A stretch of 64,000 bases of DNA from Octopus sinensis (Eukaryota): contig NC_043006.1 in NCBI RefSeq assembly GCF_006345805.1, forward strand, positions 81,840,001 through 81,904,000, given 5' to 3'. The notes below the pieces were generated by a model that was not told the origin of the DNA, searched no databases, and worked only from the letters and a program-made list of their open reading frames with translations. Both the position numbers and the translations under genes were made by a program. Positions 28,861 to 41,789 of the stretch are shown in pieces. Positions within the stretch are counted from its first letter, which is position 1. Each line of letters opens with the position of its first letter.

Positions 28861-29604
28861 AGAATTTGGTGAGCCATAAATGAAATTCTATCTAATGTAA
28901 TGTTATGCAGCAAATGCACAATTTTAACTTTTTCATTTTTCTGTTGGATATATCGATGACATAAACAGGGTAGATTCCATTGCAACAAAGGAAATAAAAA
29001 GGTATGCTGACAGCTCTAGCTACCAACCATAGAGGCTCGAAGATTGTCACCTTCTTAAATGTGGCCAGGTCCATCTTGATCAGAGCTGGAGTTCTTTGAC
29101 AGTGAAGGAATGAGTCATGGGGACAAGAGAAACATTCTCACTTGAGTTCATTCAGTAGGCCTTGAAAATCATCAATGACAAACCCCAGGAAGCTGATAAA
29201 TGTGATCACCAAGCAGGTGGTAGAGTCTATCATCAAACATGTGGTGCATGAAAACACCAGATACAATTTATATATGATGAGGAAATGTCGTTTCTGTCGT
29301 CCTCCTGTCCACCCTCACAATAGATACTCGCCAACATCATGTGGTTTCTTAGCTATCCTAATATAATTCTTCTGGATTAATACATCTGTGATGTAATAGG
29401 TGGCATGGGTAAGTGTCATCTAACCCTAGAATGCAATTGTTTCTCTGGTTACAACAGGGGCACCACTGAATCTGAGGATGATTTGTTGAATGTATCTAGA
29501 TTAATGAGAGTGCTTTGTGTCCTTGCTTTTTTTCATATTCACTTATGTTGATGGGTGCCTGGCACCAGGTAACTACAGAATTAGAATTAGGAAGATATAC
29601 TTAC

Positions 29605-29640
29605 TTCATGAAAGACTGGGTTCTTTATCAACAAATAGAC
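29605..29640 (-). CDS. ACER3: ACER3 exon (36 nt) VYLLIKNPVFHE
   Basis: Acceptor tttatttcag, donor gtaagt; resembles human VYLKVKEPIFHQ. Confidence 0.92.
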
Positions 29641-29649
29641 CTGAAATAA

Positions 29650-29753
<104 letters not shown>

Positions 29754-30864
29754 TTCTGATTAAAGCAAAGTGTTTCAGTAAAATTTGAGGAGATACATCA
29801 GAAGAATTAACACTGAATATGGAGGAAGCAATAGAATTTTCGACAGGAATATTGGGGTGCCTCATAACATCATCATCATCATTGTTTAAAGTCCGCTTTC
29901 CATGCTAGCATGGGTTGGACGATGTGACTAAGGACTGGCGAACCAGATGCCTGCACCAGGCTCCAATCTGATCTGGCAGAGTTTCTACAGCTGGATGCCC
30001 TTCCTAATGCCAACCACTCCGAGAGTGTAGTGGGTGCTTTTACATGCCACCAGCAAGAGGGCCTGTCAGGTGGTACTGGCAACATATAACGAAAATGTCA
30101 AAATTGATCAAAATAGTTAAAACAGGACTAAGCAGTACAGGGAAACAAGAACCAATCCCTATAATCAGTAACAATGTCCTGCAGCAGGTGAAGCTACCAC
30201 AGTAACATCAAGAACTGTACATGTCATTTCATATGCTTAACTCCATGAAACATTAGCAGCTAAACATTGTTTCCTAACATGGGCTGAAAAACTCACACTT
30301 TGGAATTCAATTTCTTACAGACATGCTTTTCCCACAATAACCTTAATATGACACCCCTTTTGGCACTTTGGGAGCCTTTAGCAGATGCCTGTGGTGTTTA
30401 GCTATGTCATTTGGTAACTGTTAAGTTTAACAAGTCAAGAGATCACTTCACAGTTCCTTCATTAATTCATGGTGACTGATGCCACACACATCCTGTTGTA
30501 AGCATTTGAGGCAAGTCTTCAGTTTCAGAATATTTCCTTCCATCTGTTCTTTTCACTGATCTCAGATGCCTTATAAAGGGTCATGTGCAACATCTATCCA
30601 TCTACCCCAACTAAAAATTAACAAAACAAATTACACACGGAGTACAAAATTAAGTAAGGATGTTTGTCAAAAAGGAAAAGCACACTTCTCAGAGATGTAG
30701 AAAATGAAAGAATCTTAGACAACATACAAGACTTAATAATAGTCTTTGTTTACACATGATGACAACTAAGGTTAATTAGTTTTATAACCAGTGTGTGTGC
30801 GCGTGTGTGTACATGTAGTGTATGTTCAGCAGAAAAGTGCTTTCATGAGTAAACAATGCTAAAT

Positions 30865-31390
30865 CAAAATCAAAATTAAATTCGATGACTGGCGCCCGTG
30901 CTAGCGGGGTGCAAGGAGCACCATATGAGTGTGACCATTGACAGAGCAGCTAACTGGCTTCCGTGCCAGTGGCACTTAAAAGGCACCATTCGAGCGTGAT
31001 CGTTACCAGCATCGCCTTAAAGAGCACCATCTGAGCGTGATTGTTGCCGGAGCGGCTATCTGGCCTCCGTGCCGGTGGCATGTGAAAGATACTATTCGAG
31101 CGTGATCGTTACCAGCATCGCCTTACTGGCACCTGTGCCGGTGGCATGTGTAAAGATTCGAGCGAGGTCGTTGCCAGTATCGCTTGACTGGCCCTCATGT
31201 TGGGTGGCACGTAAAAGCACCCATTACACTCTCAGAGTGGTTGGCATTAGGAAGGGCATCCAGCTGTAGAAACTCTGTTAGATCGAGATTGGAGCCTGGT
31301 GCAGCCATCTGGTTCGCCAGCCCACAGTCATTCGTCCAACCCATGCTAGCATGGAAATCGGACGTTAAACGACGATGATGATGATGTGTC
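30865..31390 (+). mobile_element. Family C RTE 3' UTR copy with several internal repeat units
   Basis: Same consensus. Further copies at 29870-30085(-), 55035-55295(+), 59327-59590(+) and 63400-63665(+). Confidence 0.8.
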
Positions 31391-31689
31391 TGCTATAATG
31401 CTTACTTTCTCTGTGTCCCACCCATTTTACACCAGAAGTAAACGCTGGCATGCTTTTTTTCTTTTCTTTTCTTTATGAAAAAGAAGTACATCACCAACAA
31501 GTCTGTCAAAAAGGGAAAAGTAATAGATAAGAAACAACTCTGTGCGACACAGACCACCATTAGCTAATGAAGGAGGCTCTACGTGGTTGCTTGACCTACT
31601 AGAAATAACACTAAACAAAATAAGTAACCAAATATTGGTTTTAAATTTTCGTATAAGGTCAGGAAGTTCAGGGTTAGGAGTACTTATGG

Positions 31690-31880
31690 CGATCATTCGG
31701 AACTAGTAACATAACTGTCACTTATAAACCCACATGGGTTTATTTACATTTCTGAAGAAAAAAGATACCCTTCCCCCTAACCCTAACTCTAACCCCACAT
31801 ATATAAAAAAATAAAAACTTTACGGAAAGTGACGATCTTCTTCTTCAAATGAGGTAAATGGGACTCATATCGAAAGAATG
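31690..31880. mobile_element. Related MITE with CCCTAA repeats, opposite orientation to 32806-33207
   Basis: Shares a ~70 bp segment (gggtttatttacatttctgaagaaaaaagataccctt..ccctaaccctaa) in reverse complement. Confidence 0.55.
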
Positions 31881-32475
31881 CCGTAATTATTTTATCGACC
31901 CCAAAAGAATGAGAGAGAAGATCGACTTTGGTGGAATTAGAACACATAGTGTAAAAACGGGCAAAATACCTCTAAGAATTTTTGCCCGGTACTCTAACGA
32001 TTCTGCCAGCTTGCCACCTTAACATAACTAAATATTGCAAAGTATTTCTCCAGCCATCCATCGATTCCACTATCCTCTCGTTTTCACAGATAATATTATT
32101 ATAATCTTAACTATAGCAGAAAATTGATGGCATAATAAAACAGTGTTATAAAAATCTACAAATGTATGCATCAAAATAAGAATATTTTATAAAACACAGA
32201 ATTTCTTCGGGTCTTGCTAATGGTTATAATAAAGTTTACACAATGGAATAAGCCTATATTTGATGAAATAAAAAAAAATCAAAAGTTATATGCAGCCTCT
32301 TCTCTGAATCTTAACATAATCTCTGCGCTGTGCGCGAATTTATTCGGTAAACTTAACGTCACAGAATAATTTTCCAAGGGACGTAACTCCAATATCCGTG
32401 TGATGAAATTAATTTAGCATCGGAAGTTATCTTCCTTGTATTAATGGCAGTAATGCGTTTCATGAGAGAGAAGGG

Positions 32476-32524
<49 letters not shown>

Positions 32525-32648
32525 TATTTACAAATGTAATACGATAAAGGGGGAGAAACTTCGATTGCCTTAGATTAGCTATGCAATTAATATACGAAAC
32601 CTCCCGATTTCGATACATAAGGGAAAATATGAAATAGATTTTACTTAC

Positions 32649-32730
32649 AGCAGTAACTACGACACAATAGATAAACAAAAATATTTGTAGCCGCCTGTTC
32701 TGGTGCCCGGGTGGACTACTTATTTCTGCA
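32649..32730 (-). CDS. ACER3: ACER3 exon (82 nt) AEISSPPGHQNRRLQIFLFIYCVVVTA
   Basis: Acceptor tgttcttttcag, donor gtaagt; phase 2 in, phase 0 out; open frame linking neighbours. Confidence 0.9.
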
Positions 32731-32805
32731 CTGAAAAGAACAGAAACAAAAATTTATAAGATACGTAAAAGCGAAATAATAATAAGCAAAATAAATAAAT
32801 AAATA

Positions 32806-33207
32806 GGACCTTATCGGTTTGAACGGCAGTTTTTCCGAGCGGTGTCATATGGAATTGTCACCCATAATTATGACCCTAGTATCGATCTACTGCATTTCAA
32901 TCTGTTTTAGGGTTAGGGTTAGGGGTGGAGGAAAGGGTACCTTTTTTTCTTCAGAAATGTAAGTAAACCCAATCTGTTTCTTAAACATATTCATACGGCA
33001 CAGAATGTTTTCACCTCAATAGACGTCATTGATCGGTTGAAATTGCAGAAATTGAAGAAAAAAAATATCTTACAAACTATAGAATTTTCTCAATAAAGCC
33101 AAGAGAAAAGATGTTTTATAAACACATTCTACCAGTATACGAAGTTTAAAAGTGTCTAGTTACATGGAAATTATTTTAAAAAACTGCCGTTCAAACCGAA
33201 AAGATCC
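32806..33207. mobile_element. 402 bp MITE with ~28 bp TIRs and internal TTAGGG repeats
   Basis: ggaccttatcggtttgaacggcagttttt versus reverse complement of the right end, ggatcttttcggtttgaacggcagttttt; (TTAGGG)3 at ~32907-32924. Confidence 0.8.
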
Positions 33208-33715
33208 ATTAGATAAATAAATAAATAATAATAATAATAGTAATAATAATGATAATAATAATAATACCAATTGTAATTAATTAATCAGTTGTTTCAAATA
33301 TGAAATTAAAAAATACAAGAGAATAATAATTAATACTATTTAAATTAAGAAGTTTAAGTTGCTGTCACAAAACAAAACCCATTATTTAGCTCTGCACCTT
33401 CTGTAGAGAACCATGGAAAGGTCAGTGCTGGGAATCTCGCTAAGAGATCCCATCCAGAACGAGGAGATCAGGATTAGAACTGGTGTGAAGCACGTTGTGA
33501 CAGAGTACCTATTTCTTTATTACCAACAAGGGGCTAAACACAGAGGGGACAAACAAGGACAGACATAGGTATTAAGTCGATTACATCGACCCCAGTGCGT
33601 TACTGGTACTTAATTTATCGACATCGAAAGGACGAAAGGCAAAGTCGACCTCGGTGGAATTTGAACTCACAACGTAACACAGACGAAATACCGCTAGTAC
33701 CACCACACAAAGTTA

Positions 33716-33955
33716 TGATGGGCCGATTAAGTGGCAAGGTTCACAGACAATCGGTGGACTCATACAGTAGTTGAGTGGTACGCACTTGAACGGAAGAGGG
33801 CACTTGGAAGACCTCCAATCAAGTAGGAAGATGACTGAACAAAAACGTTTGTAACAATGTGGAGGAGAAATGGCAAGAGCACAAGGAGAATGGAGTGAAT
33901 CCTGTGGCCAGAGAGATGATTCAGCACCAGACAACCAAGGTGATCCAGATGATGA
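33716..33955 (+). mobile_element. RTE-type LINE C-terminal fragment
   Basis: WAD*VARFTDNRWTHTVVEWY..RKRALGRPP..MWRR.MAR..EW with stop codons. Confidence 0.75.
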
Positions 33956-34124
33956 CATGGCTCATTCAGAACAGCTGAAAAATCTATCAGTTAAACTTCA
34001 TAAATTGGGTAGGTTAATAGTAACAGTAATAGCAACAAGTCTGGAACATTCATGGTCTAACCACTTTTATGTGAATAATCTACAGAGTATGGGTATTCTT
34101 TCCATTTCTGTCAAGTGCAGAACA

Positions 34125-34560
34125 TCTATTATATAAAATCCGTTCTGTCTGTGTGTGCGTGTCTTCTAGGATCTCAGGCATCCTCCATCCAATTGCACTC
34201 AAATTTGATATGTAGATACCGACAGTATCAGGGCATGTATAAGTCTTGAAAAAATTACAAAAATCAATTCCTGGTGAGAACGCGATCGATAAAGCTGTTC
34301 TCCCCATCAACAACAGCCTTAATATTACTGGTACTTTAAATTTTTCGGTTGCATATTCGTGTGAATAAAATCATTTTTCTTTGGAATAGAAAAAAAGTCT
34401 ATCTTTATTTCTTCTTTTGCTGGTGTCTCAAATTTAGGTTAAATCAATGTTTCTCAAAGGGGAGGCCTATGGAATGGTCAGACAAGTTGCTTTGAGAAAA
34501 TTTAGTTTAAATGTTTGACAACTCAGCACCATCCATTGGATGGGGGGTGTTTTGCATGTT
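34125..34560 (+). mobile_element. Non-autonomous Helitron-like 5' end
   Basis: A|TCTATTATATAAAATCCGTTCTGTCTGTGTG start; a similar start occurs at 10565; no clear CTAG 3' end found. Confidence 0.45.
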
Positions 34561-35139
34561 AAGAATATTTACATAACATCATCATTGTTACAATGTTCAC
34601 TTTGCCATGCTTGGTGAGGCAAGTCACCATCCCTCAGCTGTTTCCAAGTAAGCTAATATTTTACCATGATTGGACACGGTTCCATGAAAGATTGAAAATG
34701 AATTACACCACTTGTATGACAAGGATGCTCGTTTACAGCTATGATGCGATATTAAGAAACACACAAATGTTTGTGTGTGTGTGTATGTATGCTATGGGAT
34801 TCCTTCGTCTCCCAAATCCAGCCACAAGGGGTTGGCCAGCCTGAGGCTATAGTAGAAAAAAATTGCCGAAGGTGCCATGCTGTGAGACTGAACCAGAAAC
34901 CACGTGGTTGGGAAGCAAATTTCTTAACCACACAACCAAACTTGCACCTCGTTCAATAGTGAGTGTATGTATGTATGTGTGTGCACGCATATACATACAT
35001 GCGTTGCACACATGTATACACATACACACAAACACACACACTCCTATATATATATTAATATCACTGCAGTGATCAAACAACCAGATGCTGTTATACACAC
35101 TGCTGACCACAATGCACTTTCAAATCATCTTCCTATCAT

Positions 35140-35385
35140 ACTTATGGTTTTTTTCAAATCTTCTGGATAGCACTCAGTAACTACACGGGTCCACCCATCA
35201 TCTGTGACTCTTGCAGCATGTCTGGGCCAGTGGAACTTGTGCCTTTTGGTATTCTCCATACTGCATCGTTCACGCTACTACACTCCTAAATTGCTTCATT
35301 CTAAATATAGTCTTGCGATATTACTAGCAAAGATCTGTCTATGACCTTTTGTGTTATGTGCAATCAATGCTCTACTTCTTGACTC
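35140..35385 (-). mobile_element. RTE-type LINE C-terminal fragment
   Basis: KFHWPRHAARVTDDGWTRVVTECYP, the same region as 33716-33955. Confidence 0.65.
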
Positions 35386-35574
35386 TTCTGTCCGGCACTA
35401 GTCGCCATGATAGATCGTTAGCCACTACACACATTTTTTTCTCTCCTTGTTTTTTCTGTGTCCCTTTCTATTCCTGAGCATTATACTAATACATCTGTTT
35501 GTTTTGTACACCACCTGTCTTCATCTTTTGTTTTTTTCGTAAACTCTCCCTATATATATATATATATATATTTA

Positions 35575-35778
35575 TTTTCTTTTTTCTTGTTTCAGTCATT
35601 TGACTGTGGCCATGCTGGAGCACTGTCCTTAGTCGAGCAAATCGCCCCCAGGATTTATTCTTTGTAAGCCTAGTACTTATTCTATCTGCCACTTTTGCTG
35701 AACTGCTGAGTTACGGGGACGTAAACACATCAGCATTGGTTGTCAAGTGATGTTGGGGGGACATACACAGACACACAA

Positions 35779-35819
<41 letters not shown>

Positions 35820-35970
35820 TACGACGGGCTTCTTTCAGTTTCCGTCTACCAAATCCACTCACAAGGCTTTGGTCGGCCCAAGGCTATAGTAGAAGACACT
35901 TGCAATGGGACTGAACCCAGAACCATGTGGTTCGTAAGCAAGCTACTTACTACACAGCCACTCCTATGCC
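35575..35970 (-). mobile_element. SINE family A
   Basis: Reverse-complement match. Other minus or partial copies at 485-878, 39225-39575, 48005-48345 and 52600-52935; a plus copy at 4971-5415. Confidence 0.8.
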
Positions 35971-38400
35971 TATATATATATATATATATGATAACTATGT
36001 AAATCTTTTACATATTGAAATTTTTACATCTGAGGAAAGAAACTGGAGGACTGTATTTTTAATGTAAACATTTAATTATATTGTAAGCATCCTAAAAGAG
36101 TAAAAATAAAAATAATAACACACACACACACACGCAAGTATATACTCTGGCATGCCAGGAATAAACTAATTGTAGTGATATTTACATTATTTGTTTTAAA
36201 TTTATAGATATTTCAAAGGGCAGCGAGCTTTCAGAAGTCTTAACTCACTGGGCAAAAATCCTTACCAGCATTTCATCTGTCTTTATGTTCTGAGTTCAAA
36301 TGCCGCCGAGGTCAACTTTGCCTTTTGCTCTTTTGGAGTCAATAAAATTAGTACCAGTTGAGTACTGGAGTCGATGTGATTGATTTAACCTTGTGCCAAA
36401 ATCTGAATTCTAATTATGGATCCTTCATTACTAAGGATGAAATATAAATGGAAAAAGAGTCTTCTGTCATTTAAATGTTTTTGTAAACAACATTGTAAAG
36501 TGCTCCACACTGTACAGTACATCAGCTAATCCATGACCACTGCAACTCATTTCTTTGGACGGTCAATGAAGCATGCTAGATGAGAAAAGTTTGTTAGTTC
36601 CTTTGTCAGTCTTCTTCAATTTCTAAGAGGTAAGAAACACTGTTACTAGGCCCTCACAGCCTTCACACAGTATTGTGTAGCTGCTCTGAGAGTAATATAA
36701 AGAAGGGTAGATCAATTTACCCCAGTATCTGACTGGTACTTTACCACCACCCCTCTCCCTGAGAAGGATGAAAGGAGCAGATGAATTTGAAGGACAGATA
36801 AATTTACTCCAGTATTTAATTTGTATTTTATTATCCCCAGAAAAAAAAAATGAAAAGCAAAGTTGACTTTGTAAGGATTTCAACTCAATGCAAAAAGCCA
36901 AAATAATTACTGAAAGGCATTTATTTGCCTGTTGCTCTAATAGCTCAGCCAATTAATTGTTTTGGGTTAATAAACTACATTTGTTAATTAAAATGTTCGT
37001 TTATTGCTTTGTTGCAGTTTCCATCTGTTATTTAAAATATCAAACTGTTACCATAAGAATAATTAAGAACTGATATTTGAAACAAAAGTAGAGTCAATAC
37101 CTAAACATGTCTAATCAATCTGTTTGATTCCAGTATAGCAGGAGGAAGCTAATTAACTGAGCTGATAAGCTAATTAGCTTAGTTGATAATCTAATTAACT
37201 TAGCTGTTAATTTATTAGAAGAGTTTGGTAAGCTTGATTGCCATGATTAGAAAAGAATATTTTGGGAGCCTTGCCCTAATGTGGGAATGAATAACTTAGA
37301 TGTGCCATGAACCTTAGAGCTTATAAGTCCAGAGCTTACCCTGGATTCCATAGTGTAAAAGTGACTGACATTACTACACTTCCCACTGGACAAGGTGCTA
37401 GTCTACCACAGGGTTAGCTATCCCAGTCATTGCTGGAACTCATTTATAGCTCAGTGAATTGAAGCAAGACTACGCGCCTTCACCAGTCAGGTAAGGTGAG
37501 ACAGTGTCATGTGACAACTTGCTGGGACTGCTTGTTTGAGCCTAGCGGCAGGTATTTAAAGGGAAAAATTTGACAAGTCAGTCAGTCACCGGCTGACACT
37601 TGCTGACAATACATCAAAGAGGCCAGGGAACAGAGGAAAGAAGACATGCACCCAACACCAGAGCTGAAGATAACTCCGAAAGGGTGGGGGCCCGCCACGT
37701 CAAAACGGTAGAGGTGTAGGGGCCGAAACCGGACGTGGTTCCTCCTGATGATGTCTTGAGCTAACTGGATCCTATAAAGGAGCTGTTGTGGTAGCAGACC
37801 ACGAAATACGGTTGTAATTCCTCCTGAAATGAAGTGTTTTGCTCAAGAACACAACACACTGCCTGGTCTAGGAACTGAAATCACAATCTTACAATTGTGA
37901 GTATAACACACTAACTACAAGGCTACTTGCCTTCAATATGAGCAAGTAAAAGAGAGAAAAATAACGTGTTACTGTTGCTTGGGCTATAGGCAATGTTTCG
38001 TTGGATTCTTGATCCAAAAGTTCAAATTATATTATTGTTACTCGTCTTAAACCCTGACTGACCTGGGGTTGAAGGACAACAATAACAACAAAGATAAATG
38101 AAAAAAATTAACCCACAACGACGATGTACCAAAACTAGTTATAGTCTATAGAAGGTTACAAGCAGGTCAATTATCATGATGAGGGTAGAAATGAATGCTC
38201 TGAGGATCCCTGTGATGTTGTAAGCAATCTTTTACTCATTGCCTCACTCACATGTATATGTATATATAGTATGTGTGTGTATATACATACATATATATAC
38301 ATATAGTCACAGTCTGATGATTGAAACAAATAAAAGGTAAACAATAAAAGATATATGCATATATATGTGTGTGCATATATATATATATATATAAATGAAG

Positions 38401-38499
38401 TTCCTTGTCTTTCCTGATGAGAAGGCGGCATAATGCACCTTTTATTCCTTCGGAATTAGGAATATGCAGTCTTCGAAACATATGTCCAGAATAAAGGAA
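38401..38499 (+). ncRNA. Type I hammerhead ribozyme-like motif (degenerate helix I)
   Basis: CUGAUGA - GAAGGC/GUCUUC helix II - GAAAC AUAU GUC. Confidence 0.55.
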
Positions 38500-38685
38500 T
38501 TTTGTTAAATCGTCGTTCAACTCCATTCTTTCATTTATTTATAGTAAAAAAAACACACAAATTTCCACACGAAAGCACGTAATCTCTGCCCTTGGCATGT
38601 AACTTCAACTGTGTTTTCTGACATGAATTTGCTACCCGGATATCGGTTAATCGAATTATCCAAACTAGGATAATTCATTCAACTA

Positions 38686-38735
<50 letters not shown>

Positions 38736-39127
38736 ATACATACACACATATATTAGGGACTATAACTCCAAACTTACAGGAAAAAATTCAATTTAATATT
38801 AAATCAAATTTCACAATATAAATACATATATATATACATAAATTAGAGAAAAACCACTATTATGTAATTCAAACAATGATAGACGTAAATCATATCATAT
38901 AGAGAAAATAAAACATATAAAACATTTACCTAAATCACAATAAAGTACATAATAATAAACAGTATATAATTAATAATTAATATTAATTATTATATAACAT
39001 ATATAACAGTATATAATGTTAATTATATACTGTTTATGATTATGAACTTTATTGTGATCTAGGTAAATGTTTTATCATATGTTTTATTTTTTCTATATGG
39101 TATGATTTACGCCTATCATTCTCTAAT

Positions 39128-39168
<41 letters not shown>

Positions 39169-39775
39169 TACTCACACACACGCACGCACACACCGGACTT
39201 ACATACACATACATCTTTTATGTCTTACTTATTTCAGTCATTAAATTGTGACCATAATGGGGCACTGCCTTGAAAACCTGTAGTTGAATGAATTGACCCC
39301 CGTACTTCTTTTTTTTTTTTAAGCCTGGTGCTTATTGTATTGGTCTTTTTTGCCAAACTACTAAATTATGGGGATGCAAACACACCAACATGTGGTATCA
39401 AGTGATGGCGGTGGACAAACACAGACACAAACACACACACACACACACATACAGCAGGCTTCTTTTAGTATCCATGTACTAAATCTACTCACAAGGCTTT
39501 GGTTGGCCTGAAACAATAGCAGAAGATACTTGCCCAAGGTAGCATGCAGCTTCTTACCACACAACCATGCCTGAACCTAATATGTGTGTGTGTGTATACA
39601 TACATATACAAATACATGTATATACATACATATATACAATTTAAAAATAGGATAAAATCTTTATAAGAATTTATCCAGTAGTTAGCGTGAAAAACCTCAT
39701 AAGGGAAAAATTTATTAATTATTCCCTTTAAATATATTTATTTATATCAATCAATATTAATTTATACATACGTAC

Positions 39776-39826
<51 letters not shown>

Positions 39827-40876
39827 TATGTATAGACATATATATATACATATATATATATACATACATAATACATACATACATATATACATACATACAT
39901 ACATGTATATATGAACATATAGGTAGACAGAAAGACAGATAGATGTATTTTATATATATGGCAAGCTTCCACACAATTTTCATCCAATAAATTCACTGAT
40001 AAAGACACTGGTCGACCAGGAGCTATGGTAGAAGATACTTGCCCAAGGTGTTGCACAATGGTGCAAAATCTGAAACCGTATGGTTGCTTGTACCAATAAA
40101 AATGAAAAATACCCGTAAGCACACATGCACTGAGGCTCGTTATAATTTGTTTTAAATATAATATAGTTTAACCTAGTTCTATAGTTAAACAGCCTCAAGT
40201 CTACAATTCAAATGTCCTAGACATACCCCACCACCCTTCCTGATGTTCCACATTGTAATGGAATATTTTATCAAAAGTTCAGCCCGCCAGTCTATGATAA
40301 CTTGTACCCTCGGAAGAACAACAGCGATGGAAAGGTCAATGCGCTTAAACTCCCCCTTTGAGAAATTTTGTCCCAATTTCCAATTCAAACATTTCATTTA
40401 ATTCAGGCAGTCAGTATTAAAACATGGTTCCATGCTTTCATGTATGTCTGTAACATGGTGGAGGGAGACACAGTGACACACACACACACACATGCATACA
40501 TACATGTACACATACATAGATGCACATGTACACACACACATACGTGTAAAAATGTACTCAATCTCACTAACATATTCATGTGTGTGCATGTGTGTGTGTG
40601 TGTGTGTGCGTGCATATATTCTTTTATTTTTTCACTCGTTTCAGTCATCTGACAGTGGCCAGGCTGGAGCACCACCTTGAAGGGTTCAAGCCAATCAAAT
40701 TGACCCCAGGACTTATTTTTTTAAAGACTAGTGCTTATTCAATCGGTCTCTTTTGCTGAGCCCCTAAGTTATGTGGACATAAACACCACAACAACACTGG
40801 TCGTCAGGTGGTGATGGTGGGGGAAAAACAGAGATACAAAGACACACACATACATATATACATATATATATATGTA

Positions 40877-40908
<32 letters not shown>

Positions 40909-40947
40909 CTATATATATATATATTATATATATATATATATACGTAA

Positions 40948-41002
<55 letters not shown>

Positions 41003-41009
41003 ATATATA

Positions 41010-41505
41010 GGGAGAGTTTACAAAAAAAACAAAAGACAAAGACAGGTGGTGTATAAAACAAACAGATGTATTAATATAACGCTCAGGAATAGAAAGTCTT
41101 TTATGTTTCGAGCCTACGCTTTTCTACAGAAAGGTACACAGAAAGAAACAAGGCGAGAAAAAAATGTGTGTAGTGGCTAACGATCTATCATGGCGACTGA
41201 CTTCGGACAGAAGGGTCACACACGAGTGGTAAGAAGTAGGGGAGATAACAAGGTAAAGATGACCCCCAACACAAAGGTGCGTGTGTGTATAAGAGAGTAT
41301 GTATGTGCGTGTGAAAGAGGGCTGGTGGTCTGGATGTGTGCGTGTATGTATGTGTAGGTGTGAAAATGTGGGGATGGGTGTGTGGGTGGTGTGTTGTGAT
41401 GTGATGTGTAATGTTGTATGGTGTAGTGTAGTGTGGTGTGATGTTGTTGGGAGGTGGGGGAGGCGAGAGTGGGGAAAGCACGGGTGGGTTGTAATGCTAG
41501 CAGAG
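41010..41505 (-). mobile_element. Family F repeat, longest copy
   Basis: Reverse-complement homologue of 55339-55696. Confidence 0.6.
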
Positions 41506-41789
41506 ACACTTGGCATTGCTCAGGATTAAAATGGCATAGTTTGTATATAATTATGTATACAGTTATGTTGAAACAAGTGATATGGGAAAATGTAGCACTG
41601 ACAACAAAACATTTGTGGAGTAAATGATGGGCTAATTCGGCTAAGCCACATTCTATGCGTGTGTTTGGAATATTTCAGGCCCTAACCTGTGGGGGTTATG
41701 TGATTTTTTAATGCATCGAGAAGCTGTCAGTGGATATACTCTCTTTTGCAGTAGTCGGCACTGTGTCTAACACGACCTATCATCTGAAA

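Noticed and set aside
32907-32924. (TTAGGG)3 as a telomere or fusion scar
   Set aside because: It is internal to a MITE and recurs in the related element at 31770-31795.
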